DNA of 64,000 nt from a bacterium (GCA_016703265.1 JADJCK010000001.1:389141-453140), one strand, 5' to 3'. Counted from the first letter of the stretch, positions 38,465-53,210 are shown. Notes: a model not told the origin generated them from the letters alone. Made by a program: numbers and translations.

Positions 38465-39178
38465 CTAAGCTTTCCTGACCTTCTTCGACCCCTCGTACCC
38501 GTAATACTTCTGGTCGTAGTAGTACGGCAGCACCTCTCCCAGGTTGTTCGCCACCACGCCCAGGATGTTGGCGCCCGCGCTGCGCAGGATCTCGACGCCG
38601 CGCTTGGAGACGTCCTTGGGGGTCTGGCCCGCCATGACCATGTAGAGGCAGCCGTCGACGGCGTCGAGGTAGTGCAGGGGATCGCTCACGGGAACCACCG
38701 GCGGCGAATCCAGGAGCACGATGTCGTAGGTGCCGTGCAGCTCCTCGACCAGCTTGCGGACGCGGCTGTCGCCGAACAGGCGGCTGGCATGGCCGCCGGC
38801 GGTGCCCGCAGAGAGGAAATCGAGGTTCTTGACGCGCGTCTTGTGCACGGCCTTGGCGGCCGGAAGCTCGCCGGCCAGGACGTTGGCGAACCCCGGCCCC
38901 AGCTCGGTCTCGAAGACGGCGTGCTGCACCGGGCGGCGCACGTCGGCGTCGATCAGCAGGATCCGCTTCGCCAGGTGGTAGGCCAGGACCAGCGAGAAAT
39001 GGAGCGAGAACAGGCTCTTGCCCTCGCCGCGCTGCGCGCTGGTCACCATCAGCGTGCGCTTGCGGTCAAAGTCCAGATTGCGCGATAGGCGGATCATGAT
39101 GCGGCGCAACTCGATCGCCATCGGCGACTCGATGTCGAACATCTGCCCGCTGCCCGCCCGGTCCCTGGTTTCGGCCAC
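38465..39178 (-). CDS. bacterial tyrosine (BY) autokinase catalytic subunit (CapB/CpsD-like)
   Basis: 237 aa protein with Walker A VTSAQRGEGKS, Walker A'/B motifs, and a C-terminal Tyr cluster YYYDQKYYGYEG. Confidence 0.85.
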   Translation of the reverse strand: MAETRDRAGSGQMFDIESPMAIELRRIMIRLSRNLDFDRKRTLMVTSAQRGEGKSLFSLHFSLVLAYHLAKRILLIDADVRRPVQHAVFETELGPGFANVLAGELPAAKAVHKTRVKNLDFLSAGTAGGHASRLFGDSRVRKLVEELHGTYDIVLLDSPPVVPVSDPLHYLDAVDGCLYMVMAGQTPKDVSKRGVEILRSAGANILGVVANNLGEVLPYYYDQKYYGYEGSKKVRKA

Positions 39179-39199
39179 GTCACCCGTCCTGTGTTCGGA

Positions 39200-40795
39200 T
39201 CATCCCAACCGGGGGTAGATCACGAGGAAGCCCACGGCGCCCACGGCGAGGATGCCCAGCACGATGGTCACCCACCGCAGCAGCCTGACCGTGCGCTTGC
39301 GCTTGAAATGCTCGTCCTGGATCATCGGCAACGTGCCGATGACCTTCACGCCGAGCATCTTTTCCATGCTCTCGACATTGCTGAACGAGCGGTCGAGCAT
39401 GATCGCCAGGATCACCAGGCCCATGCCGATGCCGAGCGACAGGATCACGCCCATGAGCATCAGCTTGATCTTGTTCGGCTCGACCGGTGCCAGCTCCAGC
39501 TGGGGCTCCTGGCGGATGCGGATCTGCACGCCGATTTCCGACAGGCTCGCCTGGAGGTTCAGGTTGTGCTGCGTGATCTCGCCCTCGATGGACTCGACCA
39601 GCTTGCGCGCGCGCGTGACCGCGCTCTGGAGCTCGGCGATGCGGGTCGACTGCTGCGGCTGCCGCGCCGTGAAGCTGCGGAACCCGCGGATGCCGGTGTC
39701 GAGCCGGCGGATCACTTCGGACATGCCCTGCCGGTACAGAGAGAAGTAGACGAACTCCGCCACCTGGTTGCGCGACATGAAGCTCAGCGAGGGCTGCTGC
39801 AGCGCCACCTGCGAGTCGACCAGCGCCCGCAAGCGCACCCTGAGCTGCCCCAGGCGGGTCTCGAGGTCGCGCTGTTCGCGGTCGCCGGTGGCCACCAGGC
39901 GCGACTGGAACTCCAGGTCCTCGAGCTCGGACAGCGCGGCGACGATGCCGCCGTCCGCCTGGTAGAACGACAGCGGCGGCGTCTGGCCGGTGACGTTGCG
40001 GGCCGACTGACCGAGGTCGCGCAACTCGGCCGCATCCTGGCCGTCGAAGCGCAGGCGCAGCGCCGACAGCGCCGCCTCGGCCGTGCCGATGTTCAGCGCG
40101 TTGACCGCATTGTCGACCAGCGCGGCCGAGGCCAGCCCCGCCTGGTAGCCGTTCAACTCGTCCTCGGCCTTTTTCAGGTCGCCCTGGTAGAGATCGAGCT
40201 GCCGGGCCAGGAAATCGCGGGTACTGGTGTTCGAGGCCGTCTGGCTGGCGCGGTACTCGTTGACGAAGCGATCGAGGATGACCTTGGCCAGGCGATGCGC
40301 CTGCGATGCGTCCGGGTCGCGCACTTCCAGGCGGAACAGCCGGTTGCCCTCCGACTTGAGCCGGATCATCGAGGCGAGCTTGCCACGCGCGAGCGCGATC
40401 GCCTCTTCCTCGTCGAGTGACGTGCCGTCCCTGCCGACGCTCCGCAGGGCCGCCGCCAGGTTCAGCTCACGCACGACCTGGTCGAGGAACTCGTGCGAGG
40501 TCAGCAGCAGGTTCATTTCCTGGTAGGCGATGGCGTTCATGTCGCCGTACTGGCCGCCGTAGCGGGCCCGGGGGTCGTCCAGCAGCTGGCTGCGCATGCT
40601 GTTGACCTTGATGACGACCTGGCCGGAAGACGCGTAGATGGGCGTCATCGTCTTGATGGCGATGAAGGCCATGGTCAGGCAAAGCACGAACGGGATGATA
40701 AACAGCAGCTTGCGGCGCCAGAACGCCCGCAGCATCGTCATGGGGTCGAATCCGCCCCCGCCTGATTCTCCCTGTTCCTCGAGAAACGGATCCAT
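39200..40795 (-). CDS. polysaccharide co-polymerase (PCP/Wzz-like) transmembrane modulator of BY-kinase
   Basis: 531 aa protein with an N-terminal TM, a long coiled-coil periplasmic domain, and a C-terminal TM followed by a basic tail (GumC/CapA-like). Confidence 0.8.
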   Translation of the reverse strand: MDPFLEEQGESGGGGFDPMTMLRAFWRRKLLFIIPFVLCLTMAFIAIKTMTPIYASSGQVVIKVNSMRSQLLDDPRARYGGQYGDMNAIAYQEMNLLLTSHEFLDQVVRELNLAAALRSVGRDGTSLDEEEAIALARGKLASMIRLKSEGNRLFRLEVRDPDASQAHRLAKVILDRFVNEYRASQTASNTSTRDFLARQLDLYQGDLKKAEDELNGYQAGLASAALVDNAVNALNIGTAEAALSALRLRFDGQDAAELRDLGQSARNVTGQTPPLSFYQADGGIVAALSELEDLEFQSRLVATGDREQRDLETRLGQLRVRLRALVDSQVALQQPSLSFMSRNQVAEFVYFSLYRQGMSEVIRRLDTGIRGFRSFTARQPQQSTRIAELQSAVTRARKLVESIEGEITQHNLNLQASLSEIGVQIRIRQEPQLELAPVEPNKIKLMLMGVILSLGIGMGLVILAIMLDRSFSNVESMEKMLGVKVIGTLPMIQDEHFKRKRTVRLLRWVTIVLGILAVGAVGFLVIYPRLG

Positions 40796-40949
40796 GCAAC
40801 TCGCTCCTTCGACGTCCCATCCACGGCGCCGGGCGCGCGCCCGGGGGCTCGCGACGGCAAGGCGTTCCGAGGCCCGGCACGGAGGTCAGGCTAACGGACA
40901 AGTCCCGTCGTGGCAAGCGCTCACGACGTGCGCGGCTTCGCTGCTCGGC

Positions 40950-42734
40950 TCAGCGGATGCGGATCGAGACCGGCATCAGCGCCAGCGCCCGCCCGTCCAG
41001 CATGGCGGCGGCGGCCAGCGTGCCGTCGTCGCGCAGGGTCCTCGCGAGCCCGCCCGCCAGGAGGTCGACGGCGCCGGCCACCGGCCCGCGACCGGCCGCA
41101 CCGGCGTCCACGCCCATCCGCGCCGCCAGGCGCGTCATGCCGCCTTCACGCAGGGAGCGCAGCAGCATCTTTTCCATCCACGACATCGGCTCGACATAGG
41201 TCAGGACGGTCACCCGGGATTCGGTGTCGACACCCAGGCGCCGCTTCGCCGCATCCAGGCTGCGCTCGAGCCCGCCCACGCCGTCCACCAGCCCGCGCTC
41301 CACGCCCTGGCGGCCGGTCCACACGCGCCCCTGCGCCACCTCGTGTACCTGGTCACGCGTGAGCTTGCGGCCGTCGGCCACCTTGCCCAGGAAGCGCTCG
41401 TAGAACCCGTCCATCTGCGCCTGGAACAGCGTGCGCTGCGCATCGGTGAAGACGCCCTCGTCGCTGAACAGGAGCGCGTTCTCCCCGCGCGTGACGAACT
41501 CGCGGTTGACGCCGATCTTCCGGTACATCTCCTGGCGGTTCATCTTGCCGGCGAAGACGCCGATCGAACCGGTGAGCGTGCCCTTGTCGGCGAAGATCGA
41601 GTCGCCCAGGCACGCGACGTAGTAGCCGCCGCTGGCTGCCATGCCGCTCATCGAGACGATAACCGGCTTCTCCTTGCGCAACTCGACGATCTCGTGCCAG
41701 ATCAGGTCGCTGGCAAGCGCGCTGCCGCCCGGGCTGTCCACGCGCAGGATCACGGCGTCGACCGACTCGTCGTCGGCGGCCGCCTGCAGGTCCTCGATGA
41801 TCGATTCGCTGCCGGCAATCTTGCCCTGCAGGTTGTCGAAGCGGCTTTCGCCCGGCATGATGACGCCGGTGACGAACACCATGGCCACCTTGCCCGCCGC
41901 CTGCGTCTGCCGCGGCGACTCGAGCAGGTAGTCCTCGAGGAAGGTCACGTCGTCGTCGGGGAACTCGTAGTCCATCATGCCGTCGTAGTACATGAGCGTG
42001 TCGGCAAGGCCGGCCGCCACGGCCCCCTGCCCGTCGAACAGCCCCTGGTCGACCCAGCGCTCCACCTCGTCGCGGTCGGCGCCGCGACCGTCGGCAAGCA
42101 TGTCGAGCAGCGCGTCGAACTGGTCGCCGACGATCGATTCGACCATCTCGCGGTTCGCATCCGAGGCCGACGACCGGGTCATGCGCTCGGGCGCCGACTT
42201 GTAGGCCCCCACATGCACGAAATCGGCTTCCATGCCCAGCTTGGCCAGCGTGTCCTTCAGGAAGGCCATCTCGGCCGACAGGCCCAGGACCATCAGGTTG
42301 GCCTCGGGCGCCAGGACGATGCGGTCGGCAGCCGTCGCCAGCGCGTAGTCGCGCGTGAATCCCGCCTCGAGGTACGCCACCACGGGCTTGCCCTGTTCAC
42401 GGAAGGTCCCGATGGCGCCGCGCAATTCCTCGATTTTGGCCCAGTCCAACTCTGCCGCCCGGATATCCAGCACCAGGCCGGTGATGCGCTCGTCCTTCGC
42501 CGCGCGCAAGAGCCCGAACAGCGTCTCGGAGAACGTGGATTCGGTGCTGCCGCGGACCTGGCCCCAGAACGAGTCGTCGCGTTCCTCCGGCAAGCCGCCC
42601 TCCACCTTCCAGACCAGGACGCCGCCGTCCACCGACACGTGTTCCTCGAGTCCCTGCATCACGTACCACATGAAGCCGAACCCGCCGCCGACGATCACGG
42701 CCAGCACGATAAAGACGATCCAGAACTTCCTCAT
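40950..42734 (-). CDS. sppA: signal peptide peptidase SppA (67K type)
   Basis: 594 aa protein with an N-terminal TM and two ClpP/crotonase-like repeats carrying the catalytic Ser-Lys context (SMSGMAASGGYYVA). The ATG overlaps the upstream stop (ATGA). Confidence 0.85.
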   Translation of the reverse strand: MRKFWIVFIVLAVIVGGGFGFMWYVMQGLEEHVSVDGGVLVWKVEGGLPEERDDSFWGQVRGSTESTFSETLFGLLRAAKDERITGLVLDIRAAELDWAKIEELRGAIGTFREQGKPVVAYLEAGFTRDYALATAADRIVLAPEANLMVLGLSAEMAFLKDTLAKLGMEADFVHVGAYKSAPERMTRSSASDANREMVESIVGDQFDALLDMLADGRGADRDEVERWVDQGLFDGQGAVAAGLADTLMYYDGMMDYEFPDDDVTFLEDYLLESPRQTQAAGKVAMVFVTGVIMPGESRFDNLQGKIAGSESIIEDLQAAADDESVDAVILRVDSPGGSALASDLIWHEIVELRKEKPVIVSMSGMAASGGYYVACLGDSIFADKGTLTGSIGVFAGKMNRQEMYRKIGVNREFVTRGENALLFSDEGVFTDAQRTLFQAQMDGFYERFLGKVADGRKLTRDQVHEVAQGRVWTGRQGVERGLVDGVGGLERSLDAAKRRLGVDTESRVTVLTYVEPMSWMEKMLLRSLREGGMTRLAARMGVDAGAAGRGPVAGAVDLLAGGLARTLRDDGTLAAAAMLDGRALALMPVSIRIR

Positions 42735-45013
42735 CGGTTGCCTTCCCGACCGCGGCAGTACGCGGACAGCGCGCGCGCAGCGCGATCGATCTTGCGGAAC
42801 ACGGGCACGCCCGCCGCTTCGAAACAGCGGCGGAATGGCTGGTAGAGATCTCCGGAATCGACCACCACGACCGTCGGTTTAGGGGAAGCCTCGATGACCC
42901 TCAACAACCGCGAGGCCAGGCTGTCCGGACCGGCAATGTCTTCCCGGTGCAAACCTGCCGGGTCGGCGGGTAGGGTGTCCATGGCCCCGGTCACGGGCAC
43001 CGCCGAGAAGAGCCCGGCATCGACGTCGCTACAGGCCAGGATCGCCGCACAACAGTCGCTGAAAGCGCGCGAATCGGCCATCGGCGTCGCGTCGACGGGG
43101 TTCAGGCGATGGGCGAAAGGCGGCAGCGAAGCGTCGAGGACCGCGCGCGCGGCCTCGTCGAGGGTGGCCAGTTCGAGCCCGGCCAGTTCGTCGGTCACCG
43201 TCGAGCATTCGAAGCCCGCATTGCTGATGATCCCGACCCGCCGCCCGCGCGCAGGGCGACCGGACAGCAGCGTGAACGTGCGGATCAGGTCCTCGAACTC
43301 GTCCAGCGTCTCGGCTACCGTCACGCCCGCGTCTTCCAGGCAGGCCCTGGCCACGGCGTAGTCACCGGCCAGCGAGGCCGTGTGGCTGGCTGCAGCCTGC
43401 GCGCCCAGCGCCGTGCGCCCGGCCTTGAACATCACTACGCGCAACCCGCGCGCCCGCGCCTTGCGCGCCTGCTCCACGAAGCGGGCGCCGTCGCCGTCGC
43501 GGAAGCCCTCGACGTAGCAGGCGAACACATCCACCTCGGGTTCCTCGATGTAGTGCGCGAGGAAATCGCTCACCGTCAGGTCCATCTGGTTGCCGAAGCT
43601 GATGGAGCAGCGCGGCTCGATCACGCCGTCGAAGTTGCTCGTGAACGTGACGAGGTACGCGCCCGACTGGCTGACCAGCGCCAGGTTGCGCCCCGGCCCG
43701 CTGCGGAACGGCAGCTTGTACGCCGGCAGGAAGAAGGTGTTGTAGCGGTCGCGGCTGACGATGCCCAGGCAGTTGCCGCCCACCAGCACCGGGCCGCCGC
43801 CGGGACGTTCCTGCCCCCGTGCGAGCGTGCCTTCGATCTCGGCCGCCAGGTCGCCGCGCCCGGCCTCGGCGAAGCCGCCGGGGTTCAGGATGATGGCCGC
43901 TGCCTTGTCGTGCTCGACCAGTTGCGCCACGGCGCCGACCGCGTCGGCCGCCGGCAGCGCGATCACGGCCAGGTCGCAGCGTTCGGGCAGCGAGGCGACG
44001 TCGGGGAAGCACGGCGCTCCGGCAATCTCCGTCTGCGTGGGATGCACCACATACAAGCGGTCCTTCGCCACCGACCGCGCAGCCCCGAGGTTCTCGAGGA
44101 TGATGCGCCCGGGATTCTGCCCCTTTGCGCTCACGCCGAACACGACGGCGCTGCGCGGGTCCATGAGCGCCTTCACACGCTCGAGCGGACGCCGCCGCCC
44201 GGACCACTTGCGCCGCGACACCCTCGCCACACCGTCCAGCGCCGTGAGCCCGTCGGGCCCGGCCACCGCCGGGTTGACCTCGAGTTCCTCCAGCGTCCAC
44301 GGCAGGTCACTGCCCGGCCCCGCTGCTTCGCCCAGGGCCGCGAGCGCCGCGGCCGCGGCCGCGAGTTCGGCAACCGCGAACGGCGGCTCCGCATACAACC
44401 GCGAAGGCCGCACGAGCAGCGCCAGCCGCGGATGGGCCAGCAACGCGCCCTCGACAGACGCCGTCGTCAGGCCCGCCGCCGGCAGCACCAGCGAGCCCGA
44501 GGCGCCGTGCCACTCGGTGAGCGTGCCCCCGACACCAATGACAACGCACGGACCGAACGCCGGATCCTGGCGCAGCGTGAGCAGGGCTTCCTGGCCGGGG
44601 CGATTGGCCACGTGCGGCACGAACGCCGCCGCCAGCAACCCTTCCACGCCATGCACCCCGCGCGACTGCGCGCCGGCCAGCAGGTCGCGCCCCTGTGCCG
44701 CCAGCTGGGCAGCCTCGCTGCCCGCTGCCAGCTTGAGAAGGCGCACACCGCCAGCTTCGGTCTTGTGCAGGATGTCGCGTCCCACGAGCTTGAGGACCAG
44801 CCGTCCCTCGCCATCGGCCAGGCGCGCTGCAGCAGCCGCCCAATCGGCCAGATCACTGCTCGCCGGCACATATGAGAAAGCGCCGTGGCGCAGCCCCAGC
44901 GCGGCCCACAGCGCGTACACTTCCGATTCATTCAGGTGGAATGCCGCCCCACCGGGCTTTGCCTGGCGTTGCGCCAGTTCCGCCAACAGCCCGACCGCCG
45001 CCCTCACGCTCAT
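42731..45013 (-). CDS. fused ADP-forming acyl-CoA synthetase (acetate--CoA ligase family; ATP-grasp part N-terminal, CoA-binding/ligase part C-terminal)
   Basis: Start chosen at MSVRAAVGLL with an AAGGAG RBS. The ORF-track N-terminal 153 aa overlaps the 5S rRNA and was discarded. Motifs LKLVGRDILHKTEAGGV (ATP-grasp_5-like) and VVFGVSAKGQNPGRIILENL (CoA-binding). Confidence 0.75.
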   Translation of the reverse strand: MSVRAAVGLLAELAQRQAKPGGAAFHLNESEVYALWAALGLRHGAFSYVPASSDLADWAAAAARLADGEGRLVLKLVGRDILHKTEAGGVRLLKLAAGSEAAQLAAQGRDLLAGAQSRGVHGVEGLLAAAFVPHVANRPGQEALLTLRQDPAFGPCVVIGVGGTLTEWHGASGSLVLPAAGLTTASVEGALLAHPRLALLVRPSRLYAEPPFAVAELAAAAAALAALGEAAGPGSDLPWTLEELEVNPAVAGPDGLTALDGVARVSRRKWSGRRRPLERVKALMDPRSAVVFGVSAKGQNPGRIILENLGAARSVAKDRLYVVHPTQTEIAGAPCFPDVASLPERCDLAVIALPAADAVGAVAQLVEHDKAAAIILNPGGFAEAGRGDLAAEIEGTLARGQERPGGGPVLVGGNCLGIVSRDRYNTFFLPAYKLPFRSGPGRNLALVSQSGAYLVTFTSNFDGVIEPRCSISFGNQMDLTVSDFLAHYIEEPEVDVFACYVEGFRDGDGARFVEQARKARARGLRVVMFKAGRTALGAQAAASHTASLAGDYAVARACLEDAGVTVAETLDEFEDLIRTFTLLSGRPARGRRVGIISNAGFECSTVTDELAGLELATLDEAARAVLDASLPPFAHRLNPVDATPMADSRAFSDCCAAILACSDVDAGLFSAVPVTGAMDTLPADPAGLHREDIAGPDSLASRLLRVIEASPKPTVVVVDSGDLYQPFRRCFEAAGVPVFRKIDRAARALSAYCRGREGNR

Positions 45014-45167
45014 CCCCAGCTCCTTCTTTCCCGCGCCCTCACGCAACCACGCGCCGGCTGGTAAGATACGCGGGGAATGCCGGAAGCCCAACCACGATCC
45101 GCGCCATATGCAAAAAGCCCCCGACCTGATGGACGGAGGCTCTCGTTGCGCCCACCCGGGGCCCGGG

Positions 45168-45207
45168 GGCAAAAAGAAAGACCCCCGACCTTGCGGTCGG
45201 GGGTCTT
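45168..45207 (-). terminator. intrinsic terminator of the rRNA operon (first of two tandem hairpins)
   Basis: Minus-strand reading: GACCCCCGACC-GCAA-GGTCGGGGGTC followed by TTTCTTTTTG. A second G/C hairpin plus CTTTTTG follows at about 45105-45165. Confidence 0.75.
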
Positions 45208-45213
45208 TAAGAA

Positions 45214-45330
45214 TCCGGCGGTGTCCTACTCTCCCACAAAAGAAATTTGCAGTACCATCGGCGCTACGCGGTTTCACTTCTGTGTTCGGAATGGGAACAG
45301 GTGGTGCCCGCGCGCTATCGCCGCCGAAAA
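45214..45330 (-). rRNA. rrf: 5S ribosomal RNA
   Basis: The reverse complement contains the conserved CCGAACACAGAAGTGAAAC...GGTACTGCAAAT...GGGAGAGTAGGACACCGCCGGA segments. Confidence 0.9.
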
Positions 45331-45459
45331 TCAATCTCCGGCTGCGGCGCGCCTCTTTCGAGGACGGCGCCCGCCGGAGTTGTCCTTGGACAACTGAATA
45401 TGGAGAGTAACACGAGATCCAATCACATCCACCCGCCCCTTTTCCGAAGAAAAGGAGAT

Positions 45460-48456
<2,997 letters not shown>

Positions 48457-48575
48457 GGCAGTGTGAGTGCATCTCTTTAGTGCTACTCTCCATATTCGGT
48501 TGTCAAAGAACAGATTGCCAAGTTTGCCTGGACTGGTTCGTCAACCAAGTTCTGTGAAGAACCAGTTCAACGGGT

Positions 48576-48651
48576 TGGTGGAGATAGTCGGGATCGAACC
48601 GACGACCTCCGGCTTGCAAAGCCGGCGCTCTCCCAACTGAGCTATATCCCC
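48576..48651 (-). tRNA. tRNA-Ala (anticodon TGC)
   Basis: Reverse complement GGGGATATAGCTCAGTTGGGAGAGCGCCGGCTTTGCAAGCCGGAGGTCGTCGGTTCGATCCCGACTATCTCCACCA, with CCA encoded. Confidence 0.95.
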
Positions 48652-48662
48652 GCGACGTCTGA

Positions 48663-48739
<77 letters not shown>

Positions 48740-48846
48740 AACAAAACAGCGACTGGAATGCCTGGCCCAGCCTTTGGCAATAGAATAGCGTGCGACGCCT
48801 AGAGCAATACAGATCTACCTGGCCCGAGAGGCTAGGCCTCTCAGAC

Positions 48847-50420
<1,574 letters not shown>

Positions 50421-50756
50421 GTCAAAAAATAACAACAGAAGCTTCGCTCCTGTTTTAGCGCAATTGAAACCGCCGACTGCCTCGCCTGCGCCTGGCCGAA
50501 GCCGGGCGGATCGATTCAGACGGCTCGGTATTGCATTCGGGCCATCGCACGCTATTCCGTTGTCAAAGAGCTGTGCCGAGCAGTCGTTGCCGTCGGCCCC
50601 CTTGGCAGGGGAGGCAATGTACTCTAGCCACCGAGCTGAGTCAACTGGAAAATTGACTTTTTTTCGGAGCCGAGCCGCTTTCCCGTCGCGGCTCAAGAGC
50701 CACTGCAGGAAGCGGTTGCCCCGTCTGCACGAATGCAAACCAGGGCAACGGGGCGG

Positions 50757-50785
50757 AATCTATGTGCACATCGGATGCCTGTCAA
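50757..50785 (-). promoter_or_regulatory. rRNA operon sigma70 promoter (TTGACA-17 bp-TAGATT) with AT-rich UP-like element upstream
   Basis: Minus-strand reading: aaaaaaactacaaaatccttTTGACAggcatccgatgtgcacaTAGATTccgcc, about 330 nt upstream of the mature 16S 5' end. Confidence 0.7.
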
Positions 50786-51068
50786 AAGGATTTTGTAGTT
50801 TTTTTACCGAAACCCGGCAAAGGCGCTAAATGGGCTTCAAATCGCATATTGGCCGCGGGTGGGGACACTGGTCGAGCTGGCGCGGCGGTGGTTTTGGGGT
50901 CCCCGGAGAGCCTTTTGGCACGGGGAGCATCTGCCGCGGGAACTTCCGGAGGGTCAGGGACTGTTCGCAGGCCGCAATGGACTTCGCCGCCGCCGCACGC
51001 TTATTGTGTCCACCTGCCGCGGTGAGCGCATTGCCGCCCGGCTCGGCGCGGCGCGCCAGGGAGGGTGC

Positions 51069-53210
51069 ATGTTGAGATCGTTGGATGTGCGGGGACTGCT
51101 GGACCGGAACGTCCCCCGCCACTGGGTGCGGCGCCTGCTGTGGGTGTCGCTCGCGTTGTTCGTCCTGTCGCTCGGCGGCACCATCATCGGCCTGAACTGG
51201 CTGGCGCGCGACCTGCCGCCGATCGACACGCTGCGCACCATCGACCCTTCGGTGAAGACGGTCATCTACGCCGCCAACGGCGAGACGCTGCGCGAGTTCT
51301 TCACGGAGAACCGCACCATCGTGCCGCTGGACCGCATCCCGCTGGTGCTGCAGCAGGCGGTGGTCTCGGTCGAGGACAAGCGCTTCTACAGCCACTACGG
51401 CATCGACCTGAGGCGCGTGGTCGGCGTCATCTGGATCAACCTCACCTCGAAGAGCAGCCCGGGCGCCAGCACGCTCACGCAGCAGCTGGCCCGCAACCTC
51501 TTCCCCAAGCTGCTGCCCAGCGAGAAGCGCATGACGCGCAAGTTCCGCGAGTGGATCGTCGCGGCGCAGATCGAGTCCCTCTATACGAAGGACGAGATCC
51601 TCGCGATGTACCTCAACCAGATCTACCTGGGCAAAGGCGCCTACGGCGTGCAGGCCGCCGCGCGCATCTTCTTCGGCCGCGACGTCTGGGACCTGGGCCC
51701 GGCCGAGTGCACGATGCTGGCCGGCATGATCCAGCAGCCGGAGCGCTTCTCCCCCCTGCGCCACCCCGAGGCCGCCTACGCGCGGCGCGCGACCGTGCTC
51801 GAGACGATGATCGGCGCCGGCTACCTCAGCCGCGCCGAAGCCGAAGCCATCGGGAACACGAAGGTGCGCGCGGCCGACGAGGACTCGTACGCCGCCTCGG
51901 CCGGTTTTGCCGCGTATTTCGTGGAGGAAGTGCGCAAGCAGCTGGAGAAGGACTACGGCGCCACGCGGCTGTACAAGGACGGCCTGCGCGTGTGGACCAC
52001 GCTGGTGCCCCAGTACCAGGAGTGGATGGAAGACGCGCTGGAGACGCACCTGCTCGAGGAGGAGAAGAACCGGCCCAAGCGCCAGACGCGCGCCGACTAT
52101 GACCGCCTGGTCGCCGCCGGCAAGCGGCCTCCCAAGGTGACCTACCTGCAGGGCGCCGCACTGCTCCAGGACGTGCACAGCGGCGCGGTGCTGGGCCTGA
52201 TCGGCGGGCGCTCGTTCGAGGACTCGAAGTGGAACATGGCGATGCAGGCCAAGCGGCAGCCGGGCTCGACCTTCAAGCCGTTCGTCTACCTGACGGCGCT
52301 GCAGCGCGGCTACACGCCGAGTTCCATCCTCATGGACACGCCGTTCGTGCTCGACACCGGCACCAGCCTCTGGGCCCCGGAAAACTACTCCGAGACCTTC
52401 AGCGGCCCCATGACGGTGCGGTTCGCCCTGAGCCACTCGGTCAACGTGCCGACCGCCAAGCTCTTCCTGGACTTCGGCCTGGATCCCGTGCTCGAGAACC
52501 TGCGCAAGCTCGGGTTCTCCGACGACCTGCCGAAGGTTCCGTCGCTGTTCCTGGGCGCCGGTGAGGTGACGCTGGCGCAGGTCGTGGCCGCGTACAGCGC
52601 CTTCGCCAACCAGGGCGTATGGCCCGACCAGTACCTGATCACGAAGGTCGAGACCGTCGACGGCGAGGTGCTCTTCGAATCCCGCGTGAACCAGCACGAA
52701 GCCATCGACCCGGCCCAGGCCTACGTGATGACCAGCCTGCTGACCAGCACGCTGACCGAGGGCACGGCGGCCAGCGTCTCGCGCAACGGCTTCCGGCGCA
52801 CGGGCGCCGGCAAGACCGGCACCACGAACGACAACACGAACGCCTGGTTCGTGGGCTACACCCCGAGTTTCTGTGCGGGAGTCTGGGTGGGCTTCGACGA
52901 TCCGGTCACGATGGGCCGCGGCGCCACCGGGTCGCGCATGGCGGTGCCGATCTGGGCCGCGTTCATGGGACGTGTCACGGCGCGCAAGGGTGATGAGCAG
53001 TTCGCGCGCCCGGCAGGCATCGTCGACCACACCGTCTGCATGCGCTCGGGCCGCCTGGCGTTGACCGGCTGCGATTCGGTGCGGACGGAGATCTTCCTGT
53101 CAGGCCACGAGCCGGGCGACCGCTGCGACGTGCATGGCGGACGCCCGCTGGACGGCAGCGAAGGCGGCCGCGACTTCCGCTCGATCGACAAGGGCGATCT
53201 GGAATTCTAG
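51069..53210 (+). CDS. mrcA: penicillin-binding protein 1A (class A PBP; transglycosylase + transpeptidase)
   Basis: 713 aa protein with an N-terminal TM, GT51 motifs (EDKRFYSHYGID, GASTLTQQLARN), transpeptidase SxxK (STFKP), SxN and KTGT motifs. GGGAGGG RBS. Confidence 0.85.
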   Translation: MLRSLDVRGLLDRNVPRHWVRRLLWVSLALFVLSLGGTIIGLNWLARDLPPIDTLRTIDPSVKTVIYAANGETLREFFTENRTIVPLDRIPLVLQQAVVSVEDKRFYSHYGIDLRRVVGVIWINLTSKSSPGASTLTQQLARNLFPKLLPSEKRMTRKFREWIVAAQIESLYTKDEILAMYLNQIYLGKGAYGVQAAARIFFGRDVWDLGPAECTMLAGMIQQPERFSPLRHPEAAYARRATVLETMIGAGYLSRAEAEAIGNTKVRAADEDSYAASAGFAAYFVEEVRKQLEKDYGATRLYKDGLRVWTTLVPQYQEWMEDALETHLLEEEKNRPKRQTRADYDRLVAAGKRPPKVTYLQGAALLQDVHSGAVLGLIGGRSFEDSKWNMAMQAKRQPGSTFKPFVYLTALQRGYTPSSILMDTPFVLDTGTSLWAPENYSETFSGPMTVRFALSHSVNVPTAKLFLDFGLDPVLENLRKLGFSDDLPKVPSLFLGAGEVTLAQVVAAYSAFANQGVWPDQYLITKVETVDGEVLFESRVNQHEAIDPAQAYVMTSLLTSTLTEGTAASVSRNGFRRTGAGKTGTTNDNTNAWFVGYTPSFCAGVWVGFDDPVTMGRGATGSRMAVPIWAAFMGRVTARKGDEQFARPAGIVDHTVCMRSGRLALTGCDSVRTEIFLSGHEPGDRCDVHGGRPLDGSEGGRDFRSIDKGDLEF

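Noticed and set aside
50637-50668. Plus-strand hairpin AGTCAA...TTGACT followed by T7, resembling an intrinsic terminator
   Set aside because: It lies inside the rRNA leader, on the strand opposite to rRNA transcription, with no upstream plus-strand gene to terminate. It is probably leader secondary structure. It is noted under the rrn finding only.
50826-53030. 734-aa minus-strand ORF
   Set aside because: It is antisense to PBP1A, which has complete GT51 and transpeptidase motifs.
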